From Heptranchias perlo (lineage: Eukaryota), in contig NC_090335.1 of the NCBI RefSeq assembly GCF_035084215.1, positions 48,050,001 to 48,114,000 of the forward strand: a DNA stretch of 64,000 bases, in the 5' to 3' direction. The position numbers and the translations under genes were made by a program. The notes under the pieces are model-generated. The model did no database searches and was not told the origin of the DNA. It saw nothing but the letters and a program-made list of their open reading frames with translations. The first letter of the stretch is position 1. Each line of letters opens with the position of its first letter. Below are positions 50,388 to 63,548 of the stretch, in pieces.

Positions 50388-52957
50388 GGGGCAGAATTTG
50401 CACAGAGCAGCATGGCAACGATCGCTACAGCTCCTGTGAAATAAATTTACGGATGTACTTATTGCGGGCTCTGTGGCGTCAAATTGCGTGATTTTGAACT
50501 TTTAAAGAATTGTGTGCAATCAACCTAGCCTCTGAACAGCGTAAGTTGATTCGAATGGAAATATCTGTGAGAATACAAGACACGCCCACAAGATCTGTCA
50601 GGAAGAGATGTCACGCCTACAAACAGGCAAGCAGACTTCATTCACATAAAGTTAGCATTCTGGAAGTCAATTTTGTAAACAAAACTTTTACTTTTTAAAA
50701 AAAAAGACAAAGAAATAATTTTTTAAAAAATTCGTTCATGGGATGTGGGCATCACTGGCAAGGCCAGCATTTATTGCCCATCCCTAATTGTCCTTGAGAA
50801 GGTGGTGGTGAGCCGTCTTCTTGAACCGCTGCAGTCCATTTGGTGAAGGTTCTCCCACAGTGCTGTTAGGAAGGGAGTTCCAGGATTTTGACCCAGAGAC
50901 GGTGAAGGAACGGTGATATATTTCCAAGTCGGGATGGTGTGTGACTTGGAGGGCAACGTGCAGGTGGTGTTGTTCCCATGTGCCTGCTGCTCTTGTCCTT
51001 CTGGGTGGTAAAGGTCACGTGTTTGGGAGGTGCTCTCGAAGAAGCCTTGGCGAGTTGCTACAGTGCATCCTGTGGATGGTACACTCTGCAGCCATGGTGC
51101 GCCGGTGGTAAACGGAGTGAATGTTTAGGGTGGTCGATGGGGTGCCAATCAAATGGGCTGCTTTGTCCTGGATGGTGTCAAGCTTCTTGAGTGTTGTTGG
51201 AGCTGCACTCATCCAGGCAAGTGGAGAGTATTCCATCAAACTCCTGACTTGTGCCTTGTAGGTGGTGGAAAGGCTTTGGGGAGTCAGGAGATGAGTCTCT
51301 AGCCGCAAAATGCCCAGCCTCTGACCTGCTCTTGTAGCCACAGTATTTATGTGGCTGATCTAGTTAAGTTTCTGGTCAATGGTAACCCCCCAGGATGTTG
51401 ATGGTGGGGGATTCGGCGATGGTAATGCCGTTGAATGTCAAAGGGAGGTGGTTAGACTCTCTCTTGTTGGAGATGGTCATTGCCTGGCACTTGTCTGACG
51501 TGAATGTTACTTGCCACTTATCAGCCCAAGCCTGGATGTTGTCCAGGTCTTGCTGCATGCGGGCACGGACTGCTTCATTATCTGAGGGGTTGCGAATGGA
51601 ACTGAACACTGTGCAATCATCAGCGAACATCCCCATTTCTGACCTTATGATGGAGGGAAGGTCATTGATGAAGCAGCTGAAGATGGTTGGGCCTAGGACA
51701 CTGCCCTGAGGAACTCCTGCAGCAATGTCCTGGGGCTGAGATGACCGGCCACCAACAACCACTACCATCTTCCTTTGTGCTAGGTATGACTCCAGCCACT
51801 GGAGAGTTTTCCCCCTGATTCCCATTGACTTCAATTTTACTAGGGCTCCTTGGTGCCACATTCAGTCAAATGCTGCCTTGATGTCAAGGGCAGTCACTCT
51901 CACCTCACCTTTGGAATTCAGCTCTTTTGTCCATGTTTGGACCAAGGCTGTAATGAGGTGTGGAGCCGAGTGATCCTGGCGGAACCCAAACTGAGCATCG
52001 GTGAGCAGGTTATTGGTGAGTAAGTGCCGTTTGATAGCACTGTCGACGGCACCTTCCATCATTTTGCTGATGATTGACAATAGACTGATGGGGCGGTAAT
52101 TAGCTGGATTGGATTTATCCTGCTTTTTGTGGACAGGACATACCTGGGCAATTTTCCACATTGTCGGGTAGATGCCAGTGTTGTAACTGTACTGGAACAG
52201 TTTGGCTAGAGGTGCGGCTAGTTCTGGAGCACAAGTCTTCAGCACTACAGCCGGGATGTTGTCGGGGCCCATAGCCTTTGTTGTATCCAGTGCACTCAGC
52301 TGTTTCTTGATATCACATGGAGTGAATCAAATTGGCTGAAGACTGGCTTCTATGATGGTGGGGATATCGGGCGGAGGCCGAGATGGATCATCCACTTGGC
52401 ACTTCTGGCTGAAGATGGTTGCAAACGCTTCAGCCTTGTCTTTTGCACTCATGTGCTGGACTCTGCCATCATTGAGGATGGGCATTGTAACAGAGCCTTC
52501 TCCTCCCATTGAATCCAATTGAATTAAATTAAAAAGACAGAAGGGAAATGTAAAAAATATATAATTTTTAAATTAAAAAAAAAATTATGACCAAAAACTA
52601 CTAAACTAAGGAGTAATATGAGACACTTTTAACATTTAATTTTTAGTTGTTTGGCAGTCATATAGCGTTATCTCATTTTAAAACTTAGTTTAGAACTGGC
52701 ATTTTCAAGCGTACCTTTTGGTGGCATAATTAGTTACATTCCAACTGGGTAGATGAGCAAGTTTGCGATTTTTCAATGATTTCAATGATTGTAGCGTGCG
52801 ATGGCCCTTTAATTCGCTACTGTCAAATTGCCAGCAAACCAATGACTTCCGCATTTTACTTTGCATGTGCAAGTGTGGTGTCTTGCTCCTTCGATTTGCC
52901 ATAAAAAATGGAGAGCGCTGTTGAGCTCTCAGTTATTTCAGGAGCAAATTCTACCCC
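50388..52957. mobile_element. Non-autonomous Harbinger-type MITE interrupted by a LINE
   Basis: TIR GGGG(C/T)AGAATTTGC at both ends; 3-bp TSD ATT (50385-50387, 52958-52960). Confidence 0.8.
50730..52510 (-). mobile_element. Family-B CR1-clade LINE, 5' truncated
   Basis: [33 protein letters not shown]. Confidence 0.92.
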
Positions 52958-52997
52958 ATTGTGTTGTATTTTTACATATCGCTGGAGTACATACGTT

Positions 52998-53708
52998 ATC
53001 ATAGAATCATAAAAAGGTTACAGCATGGAAGGAGGCCATTCGGCCCATCGAGTCTGTGCCAGCTCTATGCAAGAGCAATCCAGCTAGTCCCACTCCTCCG
53101 CCCTATCCCTGTAGCCCTGCAATTTTTTTCCTTTCAAGTATTTATCCAGTTCCCTTTTGAAGGCTACAATTGAATCTGCCTCCACCACCCCCTTGGGTAG
53201 TGCATTCCAGATCCCAGCCACTCGCTGTGTAAAAAAGTTTTTCCTCATGTCACCTTTGGTTCTATTGCCTATCACCTTAAATCTATGTCCTCTGGTTCTT
53301 GATCTTTCTCTCAATTGGAACAGTTTCTCTCTATCTACTTTGTCTAGACCCTTCATGATTTTGAATACCTCTATTAAATCTCCTCTCAACCTTCTCTGTT
53401 CCGAGGAGAACAACCCCAGCTTCTCCAGTCTATCCACATAACTAAAATTCCTCATCCCAGGAATCATTCCAGTAAATCTCTTCTGCACCCTCTCTAAGGC
53501 CTTCACATCTTTCTTAAAGTGCAGTGCCCAGAACTGGATGCAATACTCCAGCCGTGACCGAACCAGTGTTTTATAAAGGTTTATCATGACTCCTTTGCTT
53601 TTGTACTCTATGCCTCTATTTATAAAGCCCAGGATCCGGTATGCTTTTTTAACTGCTTTCTCATCCTGCCCTGCCACCTGCAACGATTTGTGTACATATA
53701 CCCCCCAG
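52998..53708 (-). mobile_element. CR1 3' fragment (continues at 57072-57152)
   Basis: Minus ORF 53084-53708 (LEYCIQFW, RGHRFK); resumes TCTCTCTGTTCCTG at 57072. Confidence 0.9.
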
Positions 53709-56700
53709 GGCATTCTCAAGGGGGAGGGTGAGCAGGCAGAGGTCGTGGTCCACATTGGGACCAACGACATAGGTAGGAAGGGAGATGAGGTCCTGCATCA
53801 AGAATTTAGGGAGCTAGGTAGCAGATTAAAGAGCAGGACCTCAAAGGTTGTAATCTCTGGATTACTCCCAATGCCACGGGCTAGTGAGTATAGAAATAGG
53901 AGGATAGAACAGATGAATGCGTGGCTAAAGAGTTGGTGCAGGAGGGAGGGTTTCAGTTTCCTGGATCACTGGGCCTGCTTCTGGGGAAGGTGGGACTTGT
54001 ACAAGTCGGACGGGTTGCACCTGAACCAGAGAGGGACAAATATCCTTGCGGGGAGGTTTGCTAGCACTGTTGGGGGGGTTTAAACTAACTTGGCAGGGGG
54101 ATGGGATACAGAGTGGAGCTACAATAGGGGGTGATGTGCAGCCAAATATAGAGAAAAAAACAAGTCAGCTTGGAAGACAGGGCAAATATGTGAGGGCAAG
54201 GCTGGATGGCATCTATTTTAATGCAAGGAGTCTTGCGAATAAGGTGGATGAACTGAAGGTGTTGATAAACACATGGGAGTATGATATTGTTGCTGTCACA
54301 GAGACATGGTTGAGGGAGGGTCAAGACTGGCAGCTCAATATTCCGGGTTACAGAATCTTCAGGCGAGACAGAGGGGGAGGTATAAGAGGAGGGGGGGTCG
54401 CAATATTAATTAAAGAATCAATTACTGCCATAAGGAGGGATGATATATTAGCAGGTTCCTCTAATGAGGCCATATGGGTGGAGCTTAAAAACAAAAAGGG
54501 GGCAAGCACTTTGATGGGAGTGTACTATAGGCCCCCAAACAGTCAGGGGGAGATCGAGGAACAGATATGTAGGCAAATCTCAGAAAATTGTGCAAATAAT
54601 AGGGTAATAATCGTGGGGGATTTCAACTTCCCCAATATTAACTGGGATACTCAGAGTGTAAAAGGCTTAGAGGGTACAAAATTCTTAACGTGCATCCAGG
54701 AGAGCTTTTTGAGCCAGCATGTAGAAAGTCCTACAAGAGAGGGGGCGGTACTGGACCTAATTCTAGGGAATGTGGCCGGCCAAGTGGAAGAAGTGCTAGT
54801 AGGTGAGCACTTTGGTGAGAGTGACCATAATTCGGTGAGATTTAAGGTGGTCATGGAAAAGGACAGGGAGGGGCCGGAAATAAAGGTTCTAAATTGGGGG
54901 AAGGCCGATTTTAATAGGATAAGACAGGATCTGGCCAAAATGGACTGGGATCAGCTGCTTGTAGGAAAATCAGCATCGGAGCAATGGGAGTCTTTCAGAA
55001 GGGAGATTGAGACCATACAATGGCAACATGTTCCCGTAAAGGTCAAGGGTGGTTCCAAGAACTCCAGGGAACCTTGGATGTCAGGGGATATACGAGAATG
55101 GATTAGGAAAAAAAGGAGGGCTTTTGGCAGATACAAAAGGCTAAAGACGGAGGAAGCCCTAGAGGAGTACAAAAAGTGCAGGGGGATACTTAAAAAAGAA
55201 ATTAGGAGATCAAGGAGGGGCCATGAAATAACACTGGCGAGCAAAATAAAGGAAAATCCTAAGATGTTTTATAAGTATATTAAGGGTAAGAGGATGACTA
55301 GGGAAAAAATAGGGCCCATTAGGGACAAAAATGGCAATCTGTGTGTGGAGCCGGCAGATGTAGGAGGGGTTCTAAATGAATTTTTTGCATCTGTTTTCAC
55401 TATGGAGAAGGACGATGTAGACATAGAAATACGGCAGGGGGACTGTGATATACTCGAACATATTAACATCGAGCGGGAGGAGGTATTGGCGGTTTTAGCA
55501 GGCCTAAAAATGGATAAATCCCCAGGCCCGGACGAAATGTATCCCAGGCTACTGCGTGAGGCAAAGGAGGAGATTGCGGGGGCTCTTACACATATATTCA
55601 GAACCTCTCTGGCCACAGGGGATGTGCCAGAGGACTGGAGAACCGCTAATGTAATACCATTATTCAAGAAGGGGAGTAGGGAAAAACCGGGGAACTACAG
55701 GCCAGTGAGCCTAACATCAGTGGTAGGAAAATTATTGGAAAAAATTCTGAAGGACAAAATTAGTCTCCACTTGGAGAAGCAAGGATTAATCAGGGATAGT
55801 CAACATGGCTTTGTCAAGGGAAGATCATGTCTGACTAATTTGATTGAATTTTTTGAGGGGGTGACTAGGTGTGTGGATGAGGGTAACGCAGTGGATGTGG
55901 TATACATGGATTTCAGTAAGGCCTTCGATAAAGTCCCCCACAGGAGACTGGTCAAGAAGGTACGAGCCCATGGAATCCAGGGTGCCTTGGCACTTTGGAT
56001 ACAAAACTGGCTTAGTGGCAGAAGGCAGAGGGTGATGGTCGAAGGTTGTTTTTGTGACTGGAAGCCTGTGGCCAGTGGGGTACCACAGGGATCGGTGCTG
56101 GGTCCCTTGCTGTTTGTGGTCTACATTAATGACTTGGATATGAATGTAAAAGGTATGATCAGTAAGTTCGCTGATGATACAAAAATTGGTAGGGTGGTAA
56201 ATAGCGAGGAGGATAGCCTCAGTCTGCAGGACGATATAGATGGGTTGGTCAGATGGGCGGAACAGTGGCAAATGGAATTTAACCCGGAAAAGTGCGAGGT
56301 GATGCACTTTGGAGGGACTAACAAGGCAAGGGAATACACAATGAATGGGAGGACCCTAGGCAAGACAGAGGGTCAGAGGGATCTTGGTGTGCAAGTTCAC
56401 AGATCCCTGAAGGCGGCGGAACAGGTAGATAAGGTGGTAACGAAGGCATATGGGATACTTGCCTTTATTAGCCGAGGCATAGAATATAAGAGCAAGGAGG
56501 TTATGATGGAGCTGTATAAAACACTGGTTAGGCCACAGCTGGAGTACTGTGTGCAGTTCTGGTCGCCACACTACAGGAAGGATGTGATCGCTTTGGAGAG
56601 GGTGCAGAGGAGATTCACCAGGATGTTACCAGGGCTGGAGCGCTTCAGCTATGAAGAGAGACTGGGAAGATTGGAGCAGAGGAGGCTGAGGGGGGACATG

Positions 56701-57071
56701 ATTGAGGTGTACAAAATTATGAGGGGCACAGATAGGATGGATACTAAGGAGCTTTTTCCCTTCGTTGAGGGTTCTATAACAAGGGGACATAGATTGAAGG
56801 TAAAAGGCGGGAGGTTTAGAGGGGATTTGAGAAAGAACTTTTTCACCCAGAGGGTGGTTGGAGTCTGGAACTCACTGCCTGAAAGGGTTGTGGAGGCAGG
56901 AACCCTCACAACATTCAAGAAGCATTTGGATGAGCACTTGAAATGTCATAGCATACAAGGCTACGGACCAAATGCTGGAATATGGGATTAGAGTAGACAG
57001 GGCTGATGGCCGGCGTGGACACGATGGGCCGAAGGGCCTCTATCCGTGCTGTATAAAAAGAAAAGAAAGAA
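53709..57071 (+). mobile_element. Young CR1, truncated within ORF1, with open ORF2 (about 54079-56991)
   Basis: ORF1 esterase half (GTND, DGLH), full EN and RT motifs; 15-nt in-frame deletion (GLFSL-type segment missing) near 56670. Confidence 0.95.
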
Positions 57072-58681
57072 TCTCTCTGTTCCTGTACCCCTTTTAGAGT
57101 TGTACCCCTTTTAGAATTGTGCCTTCTAGTTTATATTGCCTTTCCTCGTTCTATATACATTTAAACCGGCCCTGTAAAAATTTCCAGTTTGCCAGTTTCA
57201 GAAAGCTCAATTGTCCAGTACCTCGCCTGAGCGTTGGTCCACACTTGTACTCTGATCTCCGAGTACTGTTTGTTGCTTATATTTCAGTGTTTTGATTGTA
57301 CTGAAATGAGCGTCACTTTACCTTCTATTTGTGCAGGAACGCATTTTGTCTTCAATATTAATGGCGAGCTCACATTAAAATATTGGCGAGGCAGCGAAGA
57401 GTGGAGATGAGGCTGCCCTTTAGCTGGACTGCAGGACAGAAATATTTCAGGCAGACAGGTTCGCTGATAAAGGAATGCAAGAAATACAGCCGCCAATTTA
57501 ACCAGTTTAAACAACTCTGTATATAGAGAAAATCCTTGAACCGCTATCTTGATTAAATAAAAGTCACGTTTGATTAAGTAAGAAATGCGTAATATTACAG
57601 TAACACTGAGCAACGAGGTGTCAATATCAATTAGTATTAACATAAACTAGACGAACTCACTGAATGGCACAGTAAGATCAGGTCACTCTGCTTCCAGTTG
57701 CATTAATTTAAAATCATCTGCCATCAGTTGCTAAAAGTAAAACTGTGTTTACAGTGTAGATTATCTCAAGATAAATCAGTCTCCCCAATGCCTCAAGTAA
57801 TCGTTCCTGGAAACTTTAACAACAATAATAATATTGGTAATAGTGTACATAGAGAATCCAAGTCTTTTGAAGGTAGCCGCCGGGATGTACCCACGAATGA
57901 AACATCTCCACTAAAGAATGGAAAGAAAGTCGACAAGAAAATGCAACTTTGTAACAGGAACAAATTCTGTCGATCTGATCATTCTCAGACACCCACATCA
58001 ACTCTTACAGATGAAAGAAAAGGACAAAATGATGGACAAAGTGACACATTTACATACGGAGTGGGAATGGAAGAAGGTGGCAGAACGGAGTTCTAAAATC
58101 TAACAAATTCTAGGCATCTATACAGTAGAAATGAAATCTTACTCCCACAAATCCGTCCCAGTAAATGGGATTATCTCCCAGAATTTTAATTATTTTGTTT
58201 CTTAACCAAGACAGTCCTTCTGGGGTCAGATAAAGGTATCTTTCCTACACAGGCGCAGCCACGTATTAAGAGTTGGGTGGAGGGACCAGGGCCAATTGCT
58301 CTCCCATGTGCCAAGTGATCCCGGTAATTTGGCGCCGGCGGACGCTAATCCGGTGCAGTAGGAACGGTGGGCGATTCCATCCGTTATTTTGTATGGGCGG
58401 GCATAACCCTTGCTAAAAATGGAAGACAAGTCCCCTCCTGGTCTAGTCTACATTCCTATACTGCACACGGTGAGCGCCCTTTATCGGATTTGATGTAAAA
58501 AGGTTAAATCCATGTATTAAAACGGGAAATAGCAAATGTGTCTATAGAGCGGAGAGAGACCGCAAGGACGCTGGCATCAGTTGGTAGGGTCACACAGATT
58601 AAAACATTTTATAGTTTAACTGCAAAAAGACAACGGCTGACAAAAGGATTTCTAAATATAGTGATACTGTTGTGTAATCTC

Positions 58682-58891
58682 ATTTCCGAGCCTTTTTCCA
58701 TTGCCATGAACGCCTAGATCCAGAATGGTCACAATACAGCTGCCTTAACAATCCGGCATTGGCCGCTGTGTCGAGAAATTACCGGCCGTGCTCCGCCGTG
58801 TTTGTACACCTGTAGATTGTGTGGTCAAAACTTCAGATGAAATGTTATGCATCGAGATACAGTGATACACAAGGTCACATAAACTGAAGAT
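58682..58891 (-). pseudogene. Possible decayed NCR3/NKp30-like V-J exon
   Basis: Acceptor ttatttcag|; frame-broken pieces NISSEV, YR(W)YKHGG, RIVKA and CIVTILDLGVHGNGKRL; shorter than a full V exon. Confidence 0.35.
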
Positions 58892-59677
58892 CTGAAATAA
58901 CGGATTTCAATTTACGCAATAGTACATTAATCCCTAGCACTAATGAGCCAATTTTGCAATGTTTAACCTCCTTATGCAAAGATTCTACACGTGGACAGAT
59001 TACTTTAACCGTCAGCTCTTTTCAACATGCAGGGAATATTTTGCAATTGAGGATGAATTAATTTCTACTTAATAAACAAGTTAGATTGTAGCCCGCTGTG
59101 TCTAAGTGACCTGTGCTTATTCCAGCAATTTAATTTCAATATAAAGCGTCAAAAACGATGGAACCCAGTAAATATAAATGTGTTTAAATCGTTGGGGGTG
59201 TCCAGGTAAGGGCCGGAATAGTTCCCTAAAATAATGCATTTTAGCGGAGGTCTTAATAGATTTGTTCAAAAGAAATCCCCGAGTGAGGCATTTCACCTGA
59301 GTAGAAAAATGCGCCGCTTCAAGTGGTTTACATCGCAGCGATTGACGGGTTTAAAGTGGGACAAGAAAAGTATTCACCCTGGGTGGGGGGAAACATTTTA
59401 TAAATAAGGATATATATGGGAATGAGGAGGGTAACGAAGATTTTCCACCTGTCTTGATCAGACCCGAGGCTTCGACGAACCTGCTTTAATTTGTTATTGC
59501 AGCAATTCACGTTTTGTTTCGTTTCGTGTATTAATCCTACGACCCAGCATCAAATTTCACCAGAGATTATGATTTTATACAAACAATAAGAAATTATTGT
59601 CGAATAAAATGTAGTTTCATTTCCATGCAGTAACTGGGAGCAGCGAGCTGTGAGATTTATTTCCTTTGTAAACTTAC

Positions 59678-59956
59678 CTGCGCTGTGATTGATCCTTTTC
59701 CTCATTGACCCCATGACTATAACGTATTGTACCTGACAGGTTCCCTGGTCGCAGTGAGTGTCTCTAACCCGCAGGTTGTAGGTGCCGTCACTGTTTACTG
59801 TCGGGGAGCCCTGTTCTGTTCGATAGGAGACAGCTCCCGCCACAATCCAAGAAATGTTCAGATCTCCAGGGTAAAATCCCACAGCCACACAAATCAGATC
59901 CTGAATCCCAACAACTTCATTCTCTGGATCCGCAGAGAGCGCAATTTCAGAGTCAA
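59678..59956 (-). CDS. Ig C1-set domain exon (5' exons probably beyond the window; possibly pseudogene)
   Basis: tttttatcctctag| ...LICVAVGFYPGDLNISW...PTVNSDGTYNL...TCQV... CAG|GTAAGT; 279 nt, phase 1-1, open. Confidence 0.85.
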
Positions 59957-60037
59957 CTAGAGGATAAAAACAATAATTTAGGTAAGAATTAGAAAACTCA
60001 GTACTAAATACAACAAACAGCGAGAGTGACAACTTAC

Positions 60038-60070
60038 GGTTTCTAATTTTCAGGCTGTTTGTACCAGAAA
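60038..60070 (-). CDS. Candidate 33-nt linker exon upstream of the C1 exon
   Basis: ctttacacgcag| xSGTNSLKIRN |gtaagt, phase 1-1, 81-nt intron to the C1 exon. Confidence 0.5.
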
Positions 60071-60637
60071 CTGCGTGTAAAGATAGGGACGTGTATTTTC
60101 GGTAATTCAACACCTATCGAGCTAAGCAGTTGTGAAGATACCTGAAACCTGAACACCCATTGTGGGGCACTTGAGAGCAACTAATAGTCCACAGCAACAA
60201 TACCATGATTTGAAAACATGTGTGTTTGTACTATGTCATTGGCACCTGTTGGCCCCCATCTATTGAACCCCTGAAATTTAGAACAATTACTTGATATAAG
60301 GCCAGAATAATGGAAAATGTTTTTCAGAATCATCTTTTAATGTTACTTTTCGGTAATGGTTCAACTCTTTTTTTTGTAACTATTGCATTGTTTTGGTCTT
60401 CTTAAGGAGTACTGGCTACCAGACACTCAGCATAAGATCACAAGGTAAATACTAATAAGGAAAGCAATTGTAGCCATCCTAGTTGATTCATCCAGAAAGG
60501 TCATAAAGTTTCCCCATTGCAGCATCCAATTTTTTCTTTAAGTAATTCCAAGGTTTTCACCTCCCTACTCTCTCTCGAAGACCATTCTTTGTGTGAAGAA
60601 GTATATTTGCCTTTTATGAGTTTGAACCCACCCTCTT

Positions 60638-63090
60638 GCCTTTGATGTGGCACCTTGTCAAAGCCTTCTGGAAATCCAAGTACACCACATCCACAGGGTC
60701 CCCTTTATCCACGTTGCTTGTTACTTCCTCAAAGAACTCTAATAAATTAGTCAAACACGATTTTCCTTTCACAAAGCCGTGTTGACTCTGCCTGATTTCA
60801 TTGAGATTTTCTGAGTGCCCTGCTATAAACTCCTTAATAATAGATTCTAGCATTTTCCCTATAACTGATGTTAAGCTAACTGGCCTGTAGTTTCCTGCTT
60901 TCTGTCTCCCTCCTTTCTTGATTAGAGGAGTTACATTTGCTATTTTCCAATTTTTTCTTTATTCATTCATGGGATGTGGGCAAGGCCAGCATTTATTGCC
61001 CATCTCTAATTGCCCTTGAGAAGGTGGTGGTGAGCCGCCTTCTTGAACCGCTGCAGTCTGTGTGGTGACGGTTCTCCCACAGTGCTGTTAGGAAGGAAGT
61101 TCCAGGATTTTGAACCAGTGACGATGAAGGAACGGCGATATATTTCCAAGTCGAGATGGTGTGTGACTTGGAGGGGAACGTGCAGGTGGTGTTGTTTCCA
61201 CGTGCCTGCTGCCCTTGTCCTTCTAGGTGGTAGAGGTCGCGGATTTGGGAGGTGCTGTTGAAGAAGCCTTGGCGAGTTGCTGCAGTGCATCCTGTGGATG
61301 GTACACACTGCAGCAATGGTGCGCCGGTGGTGGAAGGAGTGAATGTTTAGGGTGGTGGATGGGGTGCCAATCAAGCGGGCTGCTTTGTCCTGGATGGTGT
61401 CGAGCTTCTTGAATGTTGTTGGAGCTGCACTCATCCAGGCAAGTGGAGAGTGTTCCATCACACTCCTGACTTGTGCCTTGTAGATGGTGGAAAGGCTTTG
61501 GGGAGTCAGAATACCCAGCCTCTGACCTGCTCTTTTAGCCACAGTATTTATGTGGCTGGTCCAGTTAAGTTTCTGGTCAATGGTGACCCCCAGGATGTTG
61601 ATGGTGGGGTTTCAGCGATGGTAATACCGTTGAATGTCAAGGGGAGGTGGTTAGATTCTCTCTTGTTGGAGGTGGTCATTACCTGGCACTTGTCTGGCAT
61701 GAATGTTACTTGCCACTTATCAGCCCAAACCTGGATGTTATCCAGGTCTTGCCGCATACGGGCACGGACTGCTTCATTATCTGAGGGGTTGCGAATGGAG
61801 CTGAACACTGTACAATCATCAGCGAACATTCCCATTTCTGACCTTGTAATGGAGGGAAGGTCATTGATGAAGCAGCTAACGATGGTTGGGCTTAGGATAC
61901 TGCCCTGAGGAACTCCTGCAGCAATGTCCTGGGGCTGAGATGATTGGCCTCCAATAACCACTACCATCTTCCTTTGTGCTAGGTATGACTCCAGCCGCTG
62001 GAGAGTTTTCTCCCTGATCCCTGGTGCCATCCTCGGTCAAATGCTGCCTTGATGTCAAGGGCAGTTACTCTCACCTCACCTCTGGAATTCAGCTCTTTTG
62101 TCCATGTTTGGACCAAGGCTGCAATGAGGTCTGGAGTCGAGTGGACCTGGCAGAGCCCAAACTGAGCATCAGTGAGCAGGTTATTGGTGAGTAAGTGCCG
62201 CTTGATAGCACTGTCGACGACACCTTCCATCACTTTGCTGATGATTGAGAGTAGACTGATGGGGCGGTAATTGGCCGGATTGGATTTGTCCTTTTTGTGG
62301 ACAGATCATACCTGGGCAATTTTCCACATTGCCGGGTAGATGCCAGAGTTGTAGCTGTACTGGAACAGTTTGGCTAGAGGTGCAGCTAGTTCTAATGGGA
62401 CCCTTCCAGAATCTAGGGAATTTTGGAAAATTAATACCAATGCATCTATTATCTCTGCAGCCACTTCTTTTAAGACCCTAGGATAAAGTCCGTCAGGACC
62501 TGGGGACTTGTCAGCTTTTAGTTCTAATATTTTTTTCAGAACCCTTTCCCTGGTGATTGTAAATATTTTAAGTTCCTCCCTCCCTTTCACCTCTTGATTC
62601 ACAATTATTTGTGGCATGATATTTTTATCCTCTGCAGTGGAAATGGATGCAAAATATCTGTTCAATTCATCCGCCTTTTCCTTATTCTCCATTATTAATT
62701 CCCCAGACTCTCTCTAGAGGACCAACGCTTACTTTAGTTACTCTTTTCCTTTTTAAATACCTGTAGAAACTCTTACTATCTGTTTTTATATTTCTAGCTA
62801 GCTTTCTCTCGTACTCTAATTTCTCCCTCCTTATTATTCTTTTAGTCATTCTTTGCTGTTTTTGATATTCTGTCCAATCTTCTGACCTGCCACTAATCTT
62901 TACGGAATTGTATGCTTTTTCTTTCAATTTGATGCTATCTTTAACTTTCTTAGTTAGCCACGGATAGTACGTCATTCCATTAGAGTCTTTCTTTCTCACT
63001 GGAATGTGTCTTTGCTGAGTGTTATGAAATATCTCATTAAATGTCTGCCACTGCATCTCTACTGACCTATCCCTTAACCTACGTTCCCAG
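60638..63090 (-). mobile_element. CR1 ORF2 fragment (60638-60950, 62391-63090) split by family-B LINE (60951-62390, -)
   Basis: SGRVP...|WKIANV continuity across the inserted element. Confidence 0.88.
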
Positions 63091-63097
63091 TTCCCAG

Positions 63098-63548
63098 TCC
63101 TATGAGGAAAGATTGAGTAGAATGGACCCATACTCTCTGGAGTTTAGAAGAATGTGAGGTGATCTTATTGAAACATATAAGATTGTAAGAGGACTTGACA
63201 GAGTAAATGCCGAGAGGATGTTTCCCCTGGCTGGAGAGTCTTGAACTAGGGGACATAATCTCAGGATAAGGGGTCGGACATTTAGGACTGAGATGAGGAG
63301 GAATTTCTTCACTCAGAGGGTCGTGAATATTTGGAATTCTCTACCCCAGAGGGCTGTGGATGCTCAGTCATTGAATATATTCAAGACTGAGATAGATAGA
63401 TTTTTGGACTCTAAGGGAATCAAGGACTATGGAGATCGGGTGGGAAAGTGGAGTTGAGGTCAAAGATCAGCAATGATCTTATTGAATGGCGGAGCAGACT
63501 TGAGGGGCCGTATGGCCTACTCCTGCTCTTATTTCTTATGTTCTTATG
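63098..63548 (+). mobile_element. CR1 3' end
   Basis: Similar to 10820-11250; TTCTTATG tail. Confidence 0.9.

Noticed and set aside
53586-54083. 165-aa ORF (and 53084-53770 on -)
   Set aside because: Chimeric read-through across the junction of two oppositely oriented CR1s.
60638-63548. Twin-priming 5' inversion of a single CR1
   Set aside because: The head-to-head geometry fits, but the flanks belong to different elements, no TSD is visible and the internal gap is large.
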